A stretch of DNA of 62,525 nucleotides, filler included, from Catajapyx aquilonaris (GCA_000934665.2; 2 parts of 2 records of this genome joined end to end with filler, not necessarily neighbours in it); one strand, 5' to 3'. Shown: positions 48,824 to 61,017, counted from the whole stretch's first letter. The notes: a model not told the origin generated them from the sequence alone. Translations and numbers: made by a program.

Positions 48824-49974
48824 TCAGACCACTACGTTGGTTGGTTGGTGTGTGGCAGCCATCAACTCCTGTAATCATGTAAGTTCCAATATGAGAATTT
48901 TAATACTGCTCGTGTATATGAGCAGGTGACTTAATTGTGATGCAGCACAGCTCGGGTATACATGCCTGGTAGTATGATGAGACGACCATGACGCTGTGCG
49001 TAGCGTAAATCATGGTAACAAGTGCAACAGGGATGAGCCAGTACATGTACTTGGACAGCACCATCCACTTGGCAAAGATAATTCCCAGTGCTACGGCCAA
49101 GAGCATGACCTGGATGGCCACCCACAGGAGCATCACGGGGGCATTTCCCTGCATTCACATGAAAATAATTGCATCAATAATAATGCACTCATTCGGTCTG
49201 ACTCAATTATTGTTGGACAGTACCTTGCGAATGCCCTTGAGGAGAGAAAAGGTGAATGCCACGTTGACCACGGCCATCATGAATACAATGACACAATCCT
49301 CTACCAGGTCTGTAAAGAATTTAATGCGAGAAGTTATACGCCCGGTTTATAACTTTAATGAAATTGTAATATTTGCCAGCGTAGATTTCTCTGGATATGT
49401 AACATGACCTACGCCAAAAGCAAATTTCATACCTTGAAGAAAATGGATGTAATTCTGTTCTTCAATGGTGGTTTCCTCGGTTGAGATCAATCGCATTTCA
49501 CGCGTTACATACCGTAATCCAGCCCCGCAGGTGATCATGACGCCTACCGTCAAAATCTGCAGTAAACGAGAAGGTATTGCAGTCATAAGCATTAATTAAT
49601 TACAAGTAGCGGACCCGTTGCCAAAATTTGGCAACACTGCTTGCCCCACCCACCAACATGGACGTAGTACAGTATCACACTACCAGTTGACGCATACGCT
49701 CTCCCTCTGCACACTCCTGCCACACTCATGGGAAAGAAGTATGTAGGCTACTACATGCACGTTGGTGATGGGTCACTGCACGGACAAAGTCCCCCAGGGT
49801 TCTAAACCACTATGTCCTCTAATATGATTTGAGGTCAAATCCTCTGGTGCAACCGGCCCTTTAGTCTACCAAGTATTACCAGACGATCCTTACCAGATGC
49901 AAGTACCCGTAGATCAGTGCTCCTCTTCGGAGGGAGGCACCGCAGCAGTAGATACGACTACGTGGCTCGGCCAT
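48824..49974 (-). CDS. Tetraspan family copy I (E-type), 5 exons
   Basis: Exon 1 encodes the same protein sequence as copy E; ILTVGVMITCGAG..; ..FTFSLLKGIRK; GNAPVMLLW..SSYYQ with GC donor at 48965; ELMAATHQPTNVVV*. Confidence 0.8.
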
Positions 49975-51748
49975 TTCTCGAGAAGATTAGACCGGCTGGC
50001 ACTGCAACCACTGAACACTGCGACTCATGTGCTGATACTGGACACTGAAAAGTGACCAGGAAAATGTTGCATATTGCCAGAAAGGGATGTGACGAAAGAC
50101 GATGACGTATAATGAGAAGCACCAATCGGAGGCAGGATCAGATGCAGCGGATATTACGGGCAATTATAATTTACTGATTTATAAACTAAAATAAATAGTG
50201 AGTAACCTCGCAATTTACGAACCATTTCATATGTACAGGAGCTCACAATACCGTTCTTGTTAAAAACCTTGGCGATATTTCCCGAGAGAGGAACGTGAAG
50301 TGAACCTGGCACCACGTGAATTCCTTTTTTCCGACAATGGATTCCCCCCCGGCAACTTGCGAATATTTTCTCTTTCCATAACTTGGGATTTCGAAGTAGA
50401 ACAACAAAAATGTGTGCAGACATTTTGTACTGATTTTGTGCAATTTTGTACCACCAAGAGTTTTGCACCCGTTAGTGAGCTATATATAAAAGAAACGAAT
50501 TTGCACTTAAGTTTACTCTGAGTGCATATCACTCAAACTGACGGTTTCTCAGGCCTATCAGATTCTCCTCATTTTGCACCCTTTTGCACCACCAACATCG
50601 AGTTTTACGCCTCTTTTCTTATGCGAAAAAATTCCACTCATGTCAAAGTTTCGCGCGGGAAGGAGAGTCATTCAAATTGTCAGTTTGTAGAGCACACACA
50701 CAAAAAGGGGTTTGCACCATTCGATTTTATTTCTATTTAGGGAATTAAGGCTAATTATCTGACTCTACAGAGTACCACAGAGTACCGGGAGTTTTGTACC
50801 ATCAAGACAGAGGTTTATTCATTATGCATTGTACAAGTACAGTGTTAATGGAGGTTCTTGGGGTGGTCGCCAGTTACTTCTCCTGCGATAATAGATTTTA
50901 TTTCGATGGAACCAGTGTTCCTCAGAAACTGGGCGTCATATCCTCACTAAAATGACGTCGTAAAAATAACTTTGAAGCATGTGTAATTCACCAGCAGCCC
51001 GGTGTACACATAAGTGAGAAGTAGGTGTCACGTATCGTTGAGTGACGTAATTAATAATAATTGCGCACAATACACAACCGAAGGACACCAAAGTTCAGCT
51101 GGGTCGAAAAATAGGGTTTAAAAAATCAAGGCTAAATCCACATTGATGTATAATGCCAACCATTAACTTTATTTTGATAACAAAAGATGTGTGCATTTTC
51201 ATTGACCTCTCTGATCATAATTTGCATAGATGTCATGCCTAATTTATGGGTGCCAAGAGAGTACAGTTAACTTATAAGACTCTAGTTTAACAGGAAGTTG
51301 TGAGGATTGTTTTGGTGGGCAGCGCCATTGTCTCTTATAGAAAAAAGCAGAGCTAGAACTTCAGTGTTCCTGAGCTGAGCCGTAGGAGCCATATTGTTGC
51401 AAAGAAGTAACTAATTTTTTCGAGCTTTATATATTTTTTACTACTGAAAATGGAAAAACGAAAAGGTGTATCGTAATGCAGCAGGCCTGCCTCTATTCGA
51501 AGGAGTGGCACATTTAATTGCGCAAAAACAATAATTGAGCAATTGTCATGTTTATTAAATGCAAGTTTAAGCGAATCGTGTGTGACATGTGATACAAAAA
51601 ATTCATCCCAATTCTATAAAAAAATAAAAATTATTACAGGCGTGGTGCTGTAACTGTGGCCATTTTAAGAAATGATTTATTGATAACTCCGAGAGAAAAC
51701 GGTTGCATAAGATGTCTGAATATGATTGTCATCTGCTTCACTTCCTTA

Positions 51749-53181
51749 CTAAACTACTGGGTCGATTGGTTGTTTTGTGGCATCCATCGACTCCTGCAAT
51801 CACATTACAAATTAGTGAGAATTATCACTCATGTACTGTAATACATTCAGAAAAGCAAAGTATACATGCCTGGCAACAAGAGGAGACAACCCAGGCGGTG
51901 TGGATCACGTAGGCTGCCAAGATAACAAGTGCATTAGGAATGATGTAGTACCAGTACCCAATCGTCATGATGGCAATGATACATCCTAGTACTTCGGCCA
52001 TGAGCATGTCTTGCATGGGCAGCCACAGGAGCAGGTCGGTATGCGACAACCTATTTCCCTGAATTCACAAAAAAATGCATCAATAACGCATTGAGTCAAT
52101 CTGTAGAGCTCGAAAGCAAATGCAGCTAAGTCCATTATAAGAAATTTTTACAGGAGAGAAGGAAAACCTGCTTTCTGGAAATGAGTGCAAGCTGAAAGTA
52201 CTGGATAGGGAGAGTCATGAGATGGCATTTTATACATTTTTAAAGCCACAAAATAATTTGGAGGTCGGTTTGGATCTAGCTGTTTTTGCTTGGGACACGC
52301 ATTTTAGGAGCCACTTTTGGTGATCTTTACTATGTGACTGTGCCACACCATTTTTGGGTACTGGGTAGACGACAACATGGAGAATTCAATGCCACTTCAA
52401 ACTAATTTTTCTCTCATGGTTGGCCCTAGCTGCTTTTGCTTGTTCTGAATTGTTGTACTACAGTACCTTACGAATGTTCTTGAGGAGAACTGAAGTGACG
52501 TTGACGATGACGAGGCACGTCAGGAGTGAAGTGACAAAAAGCCCTGCAAGCAGGTGGCGGAGGTCATGCAACATCTCTGTGGGTTATTAATGAATTTGGA
52601 ATAAATTATGTAATGTTCATAGATTTCTCTGGATTTATTCATTTTAAAACGTGGTCTACACCATAAGCATACCCATACCTAGGGCAGCAGTGTAATAATG
52701 CTCTTCTTCAGTTCTGGGGGCCTCAGTTGGGAGCGATTGGATTCCATCAATCAAATGACCTAGTCCACGGCCACAGCCCCACATGACGGCAGCAGTTCCT
52801 ATCTGTAACTGTAATACACAAGGAGGTATTGCAGTAAAATATACACAAGCTAGACACACAAATGAGCTCATCCCTGTATGTGAAATGTATAATGTGACTT
52901 CACGGCAAGATTCAGATGGAGGCACGTGTGAAAAACCGGGAAAACCAGTACTATACCTGCAGCTGAATCTTGCTCTGGTGCAACCTACCCTAAGTACACC
53001 ATTGGGTACCAGACCTTATGATTTGCGACACCATCCTTACCAGACTCAAGTACCAGCAGTTGAGTCCTACTTTTAGGAGCTGCTGTTGCGAAAGGCCGGC
53101 AAACGTGGTCCTGCCATTTTCGGATCCGACTTGATCGGCTCTGCGGTGATTCGACTCCGACTCTGTCCGACACGGAGGCAT
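51749..53181 (-). CDS. Tetraspan family copy J (divergent E-type); exon 1 aberrant, possibly a pseudogene
   Basis: Exons 2-5 are open (IGTAAVMWGCG.., ..SVLLKNIRK, GNRLSHTDLLLWLPM..SSCCQ with GC donor, ESMDATKQPIDPVV*). The homologous ATG (MAGPR, ~53117) runs into a stop; only an upstream ATG at 53181 is in frame with WYLSL|GTAAGG. Confidence 0.55.
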
Positions 53182-54869
53182 CGTACTACACCCTCTTCAG
53201 ACAGAGGTCTGCTGTTCGATAGTTCACTCGCATCACCACACCCTGACCACATTGACCCTGCCTCCCTCGGGCACCTGATGAGAAGGTAACGGGACAGGTT
53301 TTTGTGGAGGGTGTGGACCAAGGGGTGGTGGAGGGTGATGGTGACAAGTTTAGGAGAGGTGGTGGTGGTGGTGTGGGGTCAAAGTTTAGGTGGCCAGGTG
53401 AAGGTGGGGGCAGCGAGTTCGACGGGAGTGCATAATGTAATGGGCGAGAAATAATGTGGTGACCATGTGTCAAGGGTGACAGGACCAGGGTGTGTCAGGC
53501 AGTGATTCTCAAGTCACGCAGTGTGAGTGACAATGTAGGTGAATCAGGCTAACTGGGACTGAATAAAAGCAACTCGGAAGAGGCAGTCGAGAGCCAGAAA
53601 ACGAGAGGACAGGAGAGAAAGGACACGAGACACCCTAGCACCAGACCACTCACCTAAGCCAGACGAGGGCTTCCTCTGGTCCAAAGCCGGGGGTCGTACC
53701 CGCAGTAGCCAGAGAAGATGACGACCGAGCTGAGCCGAAGTCAATCATGGACATTGACGAGTTTATCCTGCAGAAAGACACTGGAATGGCGATTGAGGCA
53801 CAGCGCAATAATGTGAAAGAGGCATTTATTACTCAATATGCATGTTAGGCATTTGTAACAATAATGATGCACACTGCAATAATTTAAATGCCAGGATGAG
53901 TTGTTGTATTTTGCAAAAATTATTTTGCACCACATTTAGGTCCCACAGTGGCCGTACTAATAATGAAGGGTATTTTTCTCAAATTTTCTTATTACAGATG
54001 CCTTTGGATAGAACAACCTCGGTCATAGTAGACTTTTGGTTATAAAAGACTGAAAGGCTGGTCTTGGCATACTTCCGTTGCTCCGTAAGGGTCCTGTGTG
54101 TTTTAAAGGGGGTGTAAGTTTCAGTATTCTGCTGCATTTTTCATCAATACATAACTTATTGGGTCTCAGGAGGTTAGAAAAAATAATAATGTACTTAAAT
54201 AACACGCTTTAAATAATTGTTAGTTTTATTGCATTGCTGATACTATTATTGACGCCCATCATATAGTCAGAGGGCTTCCAGTGATAAATTTAGACAGTGT
54301 TACCGACATTTTGGGAATCTTATATATGGTGGCCTGCAGTGAAACCTGTATTGAGCAGAATTTATCCCAAAAGTAATTTAATTTTCTGTAATTATGTAAT
54401 TACATCTTGGGAAACTCTCTTCACATTAACAGAAATCCATAGCATATTACGAAATCATTGACGAAGAAAATTGTAGCCAGTAGTTTCATATTCAGTTCTT
54501 TCTTTGCTTGTTGATTGTTTTTTTTACCAATTTATTTCTTCAGTAACTGAAAAAATAAACTGATAAAAATAACTGTCATATTTTTTACCACTTTATTTCT
54601 TCAGTTATTTTTAACCAGTTTATTCAGTTATTCCTTGACTAGTTGATTTATTCAGTTACTTCTTTCACAGTTTATGATTGGGGTCTTGTATTAACTTGCT
54701 CATTTATTTATTTATCTCTTATAATAAAGCACAGTATGTATGTATGTAATGTATGCATGTATGTATGGGTGTATGTATGTATGTATGTCTCTGCTTCCTA
54801 GCACACTTCCACACATTCGAGAGCGCTGAAATTTTTAACACTGATGCTAAACCTGCATGTGATTGAGTA

Positions 54870-55960
54870 AAAAGTCCGAAACCTACACCGGCTTTTTTCA
54901 GTTTGTGCCATAGAAGATGCTGAAAGGGGACTGAATCGAAGGCCTTAGAAAAGTCAACAAATAATCCGTACAATTTCCCGTGTTTTCTAGCATGATACGA
55001 TTTGTTTTACAGTAAGTGCAAGACAAAGATAAGATCAGTGCAGCCGTGTCCAGATCTAAAGCCCGCTTGTGGTACAGGAATTTTGTTATTCTGCTCGGCC
55101 CAATTACTCAACATCTTCGTTAAAATATAAGATAATGATTTTAGAATATGGTTAAGTGGAGATATATCGGGCGATAATTAGTAGGGTCTGTTTTATCTCC
55201 ACTTTTAATGCTGGTCCATGTGTCAGGGACCTGGCCTTTTTCCAAAATTCGATTAAAAAGGGAAAGTAAACAGTTGTTGAATTTATCAGTCCCTATTTAA
55301 AAAATCTCATTTGGGATACAATCCGGGCCTGTCGCCTTCCCCTTTTTCAATTTATGGAGTGCGCTCAGTAATTCAGTCGGGGTAATCGGGTCACCCAGCA
55401 TTGGCACTTTATTTATTTTATTTTATTTATTTATGATACCCCGTTCGAGGACAGAGCCCTTTTTGGGGAACAGCATTGGCACTTTGATTCGTAAATGGCT
55501 TAATCGGGATCGACAATTATCAGTTCGTTACTATACTGACCTGTCAAATATTCCAACCATATGGCCTCTTCGATCCTATAGGCCTATGGGGCTTTATATC
55601 TTACCACTATATTGCTTAATTGCGCCACAAAATTGTGTTGTGTCCGGGTTTTGTAATATAGTCTGCAAGGTGCAATTATAATACAGGAGCTTTTAAACTT
55701 GTTTTTGTGTTCTCGGGCGGAAATCACGTAATTGTGGCGGTCTTCCTCAGATCCCGAACATCTGCACTTTTTTTGCATTTTCATTAGTCCAACCACGGCT
55801 TATGATATCTGGGGTGTTCAATATTCCTTTGTCTTTTAAGCATTTTATTGAGGAGACTTTGGCACCTGGACGCTACTTCTATAATTATCTATCACGTTAG
55901 TCTCTTCCAATTATTGGTTAGAGATGTTGTCCAGTTCCTCCTTTAAGAAGTCTAGGGTTC
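54870..55960 (-). mobile_element. Decayed non-LTR retrotransposon (LINE) ORF2 remnant
   Basis: Minus-strand fragments with stops and frameshifts: KPWLD..C, LKKGKATGPDCIPNEI, KSGDKTDPTNYRPI, QAGFRSGHGCTDLIF, FVDFSKAFDSV. Confidence 0.85.
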
Positions 55961-56555
55961 TAGGCCATCATCAGGAATAATATTACACAGGCCTGCGATG
56001 AAATTTTTTTCTTCAACGTGAGAGGTGTTTCTTATGTATTTTTAATGCTGATTTCGGGAAAAATACGCAAAATCTTCTATCACATACAGATTTTGAGATA
56101 TATCGTTTTATAACTTCGAACGATTTACTAGGGGTCTTTACGAATCAAGTGGGCCTAAATGTTGCTAGACCGTCTCGGATCTTGGTCAAAATAATCGTAG
56201 ATGTACTCAACTATTCGTTAATGCTGCTTATAAAATTTACGCCATATTGCGCAATACCATGACGAGGAAATAAATCGCAAAATTCTGGAAATGACTGAAA
56301 ATGAGGCCTATTTGGGAGATTTTTTTTTTTTCGTTAGTGGAAGTGATCAGAACCCAATGAACATATACATCAAAAGAAAGAGAAACACCATGAGAATGCG
56401 TCGCTGGAATTAGTTTTCCTCTAAAATGCGAAAGTAAATTTTCATAGCATTTCATTGGTCACTTGGTCAGTCACATGCCCAAGAATTAATTGTGACCTCA
56501 ACAATTAGTGATGTGTTTGCGTTACATCAGTCATATTTGGTGACACTAGTAGTTG

Positions 56556-56926
56556 ATTTTATTTTATTTTTATGGTTATTTTTTTTACTTACCTCATTAG
56601 GAGAATATCAGCGCTCATTTAGGGGGGTGGAATACCACCATTTTTACATGATGATTTTTCGGAAATTTTCTTTTAACCCCGTGCAGTGGAGAAAGGGAAA
56701 ATGGGAGTGGAATTGGGATTTTTGGGGAGGGGACACAGGTGCAAGTGCAATGTCTGAAAAGGGTCATGTGCAGTCCCCCAGGAGGCTAAGTTGCCAATAG
56801 ACGCCTCCTAGGCGCGGGTCAGAGACCCACTGACGCTGGCGGAAGGAACTCCCGGGCGGGGATCGAACCCGGGACCTTCCGACCAGCAAGCTGAGACGTT
56901 ACCATCTCGGCCACCACGCCTCTCCC
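56556..56926 (-). mobile_element. Full-length tRNA-derived SINE
   Basis: On the minus strand: A box TGGCCGAGATGG, B box GGTTCGATCCC and an (AAAAT)n tail. 17-bp TSD GGTGACACTAGTAGTTG at 56539-56555 and 56927-56943. Confidence 0.92.
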
Positions 56927-57106
56927 GGTGACACTAGTAGTTGTCACTGACACAAGGTTCAGTATGTTAAGTTTGAGGCCTTGGTCATGCATGGTTCGCT
57001 AGAAAATTATAGATAATAATATATATTATAGTATAATTATGTATATTGTATATGTATATTGTATACTGTATGTATATTTCTGGAAATTCTGAAAGTATAT
57101 TGTATA

Positions 57107-58018
57107 TCTTCTATCTTCTATATTTATATTTTAGTTAGTTTGTCAATTTGTCAGTTTGTTTGTCCCTTACAGAAATCCAGGGGAAGTCCCTTACACCGCC
57201 TTAAATTAGCATATCGGGGGTTACATTTTCCAAGGAATCTAACGCCGCATGTTTCAGCTTCCAAAAATGAACCTAACTCCCACAACACGCATATTCCCGA
57301 ATCTTCTCCCTACTTTTAAACATAATTACATCAACTTCTATAGCAACAACAACAATTTATCTTTTCCCAAGTTTGCAACCCCATGGAAATGCCCTTATGC
57401 AACAATACCTATCAAAGTAATGCATTTTCATTGCATCTATAATTATATCTTGCGCCTCTTTTTTTTTTACAAGTCCCATCGCCGTAAATTATTCAACTCA
57501 TCTGCCAATTACGCTAATTGGCCACCTCACGTGAGTTCATATGGTATGGTCATTCTGGGATTTTGTAGATTTGAAATTTGACTTCCCGACACAAATAAAT
57601 ACAAAAAAAATTACGCAGTGTTGATAACAAAATTTCCCACCAGGCATCTGTATGACATTTCTCAAGTTCTTCAGGGCAAACAGTTGGAACGAGGTGGGGA
57701 TGTGAGGTGGGGTTGAGGGGTCATAGGGTCAAATATTCTGGGGAAAAAAACATGGCTGTGCAGTTTTTTCCTGGGACAACTCCATCCCCATTCCTCTTTT
57801 TACACATCCATTCAGAATTGACTACGCTATAACCAAAGCAGGCAATCTATCACAGATAGTGACAAACTTTGGCTTATTGTAACTTGTCCTTATTTTAAGG
57901 TGTATCGAGTTCCAGTGTACGGAACGCAAATTTTACAAACAAAAATAAACTTCCTAAAATATACCCGTACCTTTAACAGCATCCCAACATACCCGGGCAA
58001 CGCCGGGTAACCTGCTAG
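57107..58018 (+). mobile_element. Non-autonomous Helitron
   Basis: 3' end ACCCGGGCAACGCCGGGTAACCTGCTAG|T is nearly identical to the 3' end at 42583. 5' A|TC start with a T-rich head and GTTT/GTC repeats; the 5' boundary is approximate. Confidence 0.78.
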
Positions 58019-58205
58019 TTGTATATAATATACACGTTTTGCCGTGTATATGTATATAATATACATTTTAGAGTATAATTATGTGCCCATCTCTGCATCA
58101 TGATAACTGTAACGTTAGTTTTCTGACCCATCAATAAAGGGGACCCCTGGATCAATCGTAGTTAATCCCGATAGGATTCTTCTTGGCTTGGATAATAGTC
58201 ATTAT

Positions 58206-58491
58206 ACCGAAGCAGTTTGGAGGAGGGGATATGGTGTCTGACTACCTAATCGGGAGGTCCTGGGATCAAATCCCGGGGCCGGCAACTCTGACCGTGGTTA
58301 TCTTCTGTGGTTTCCCACGGTCCTTCCAGGAAAATTCCGGAGTTGCTTCCGTAATTAATAGGCCACATCCGCTTCCTTCAGTCCCTACCCTATCCCAAAG
58401 AGCCCAGTAAGATGAAAGCAAAGAGTTCCAGGCAAAGCAAACTTCCCCCCTAAAGAGCCGACAAAGGCTGATAACGGGGAATGAATTATTA

Positions 58492-58572
<81 letters not shown>
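58206..58572 (+). mobile_element. tRNA-derived SINE with an (ATT)n tail
   Basis: Degenerate A box TGGAGGAGGGG and B box GGGATCAAATCCC; core GTGGTTTCCC..TCCAGGAAAATTCCGG..TAGGCCAC; (ATT)n at ~58486-58571. 10-bp TSD TAGTCATTAT at 58196-58205 and 58573-58582. Confidence 0.85.
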
Positions 58573-58621
58573 TAGTCATTATTATTTAGGCGTGCCGCTA
58601 AATTTTCTGGGTCATACCTTG

Positions 58622-60957
58622 TCATGCGCATAGTGATTTGGTTGTAGCAATACTATCAGCAGTATTATATGGTAAATATGGATATCCCATTTCAGATTTG
58701 GTCTCGATGGGCACCTGTTTAGGAGTTGGTTGAACATGACGAGATGGCACCTTTCCATACTCTCTGCCAGTCTCATGCGATTCCAGATCATTTTTCTCGA
58801 CGAAGCGAGGCTGTCTTCTCCTGGAGGCGCAGATATTCACCATCTTATCGGCTTGATTTGTCTTCTGTTGGGAATCTCTTTTTGCTGATGCAATTTCCGC
58901 AAGAAGGGTGATGAAAGCAAAAGCCAAGAGTCCTCCCCAGAATATGAACACTATCTGCACATTTTCAAAGTGCAACATATCGGGACCCCCTTCCTGTTCC
59001 ATCTCGTAATACCCTCTACTCTTGACAGTAAACGTAAATCTGTGATGCAGCTCATTGGCGTACCAGAAAGAGAGTAGTCCAGACTGCAGCAGGCGGTCAA
59101 TAAACGCACTGACAGCTTCGTTGAAGACGCACGAACGTGAACTTCCAAGTGAAGGATATACGCCGTATTCCTCTGTGTCTACCACACGGATATTCATTTC
59201 TCCACTTGGCGTGTAGAAGTTTCCGATCACTCTATACAGGAAGAATTGGTAAAGGATGCATGCCCGTCCTGGAGTATCCTGAACTTCCTCTATGCAAGAA
59301 TGATGGGAAAGGATTGTCTCCGACCCGTTGAACAGGTGCACGTGGTTCAAATGACTTGTCTGGGCCGCGATCTGGAAAGTAAATAAGCGCATTGGTATTA
59401 ATTTCCAATGCATTACTTCATCAATGAACAGATCACCTGATCTAGGACGATCTTGTTCGGGTAAGGCATGATCCCTTTGAATCCGGACAGATACAGTTCA
59501 TCCAGTGTGTCGGGCAGTTTCTCCATCTCTGGCAGAAGCATGACCTCCACCATCTTGCTCCTATATTTACAAGCCAGCACCACGGCCAATATCCAGAAGG
59601 CCCCTGTGCAGGTCCTCACTCCTGTGAAATCCGGCAGGTCGTTGGGTTGCTCCAAAATGATCCGGAATAGTGTGGCCATCGGGTACATGATGCTGGTCTT
59701 GTGGCCGGACCCTCTTTTCAAAAGAAAAGCGAGTACAAGAGAGCAGGCGAAGATGGACACGAACAGTCCCAGCCAACTTTGCCAGCTGAGGGGTTCGACG
59801 AACACTGTCCATTTTGCGTGCATCACCAGAGGTAAGGTGGTCACGAACGACAGATAAGAAGGAAATAAGTTGTGGGTTAGGTGTATGTAGCGACTAACAT
59901 CAGATGACAGGAAGTATATGAATCCACTCGAGCACTTTCCAGAGAGAATCATTTGAGTGGCCCCTATCCATGTCCCATTAGAAAGTTGAAAGTCCAAGTT
60001 ATTCTTGTATGGCTCAGGCATTTGTGAGGTGGTACGAGAGCCCATATAATCTTCAACTGCCAGAAGGATATTGTCTTGCAAATGCAAAACGCTGTGACCA
60101 TGGCTACGAAGAACTTTACGAGCCAAGGCAAGGTCAGTGTCGTCATCGTATGACACGAGGCAGGTTTCCCGTCCATTGAATGACCTGGCCATGTCTGGGT
60201 ACAAATCCTTTCCTCTTGGGTACCCATCCAAGGGCATGGCTGAAGGCTGTCCCCCATCACCGCACGAGTGACACACGGTTTGTATTTTTAAGCCTTCTTT
60301 TTGGGAGAACCTGAGGACAAAATTTTTGGGAAACATTCATAATTTTTTTCCAAAAGAAACATCAATGGTAGAGTCAGGATAAGCAAGTCCTTACCTGGTT
60401 GCGACCTTGAACTTGATCCCATAGGCAGGTTCCTCCTTCAGCATGTCTTCGGGGTCTCCGCTCTTGAAGTGCATCAGAAAAGGGTCGTCGAGGTTCCTCA
60501 CCCTGACAAAGGCCGCTGTGTGAAGGACCAGTTGAGGGAGGTGGTCAGGGGAGTCGAGCACGAAGAGATTCAAGGTGCAGCTTCCTCCTGGCCAGAACCT
60601 GGACACGAGGTCAGGGGGCATGGTTCGGAAGGAGTAGAGCTCTTCCTCCCTGGTCAGTCCCGGGTACTCTTCCCAGGGCTGGATGGAGATTCCCGTGGGA
60701 TGGTGGGTGTTGAGGAGGACCGAGGGCCTGTAGGAATGGCCCTGGGTTCGCATCAGGTCCTCCAGAGACACGCTCGTGTTCTCCTCCCTCCTGGACACCA
60801 CCAGGGAACAGTTGGAATACTCGGGGTCATCCTGGATGTCCTGGGCCAATCGAACCAGAAGATGATACTCATTGTCAATGTCCTGGTGGACAGCGACCTC
60901 TCCAAAGGCACCGGTAAGTAGTATAAATAGGGGCGTTTTGAAACAATGGGTCATCAA
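58622..60957 (-). CDS. Divergent ionotropic receptor (IR, iGluR-derived chemosensory family), 3 exons, ~728 aa
   Basis: Exons 60957-60395, 60310-59437 and 59371-58622. Signal peptide; S1 NGTWIGATQMILSGK; M1 EPLSWQSWLGLFVSI; M3/S2 VVLACKYRSKMVEVMLLP..LPDTLDEL; RLLQSGLLSFW; M4 LHFENVQIVFIFWGGLLAFAFITLLAEI. Confidence 0.88.
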
Positions 60958-61017
60958 TCACTCGTTGACAGCTCACTTCCGGTCTAATCCATTGTTCTCG
61001 AACACCTGCTTCCGGTC

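Noticed and set aside
53186..53830. Pro-rich ORF and LTR-like or transposase-like stretch upstream of copy J
   Set aside because: Low complexity; no termini or protein motif that I can support.
56850..56926. tRNA-like sequence with A and B boxes
   Set aside because: No proper acceptor stem; it continues into a SINE body with a tail and 17-bp TSD, so it is a SINE head rather than a tRNA gene.
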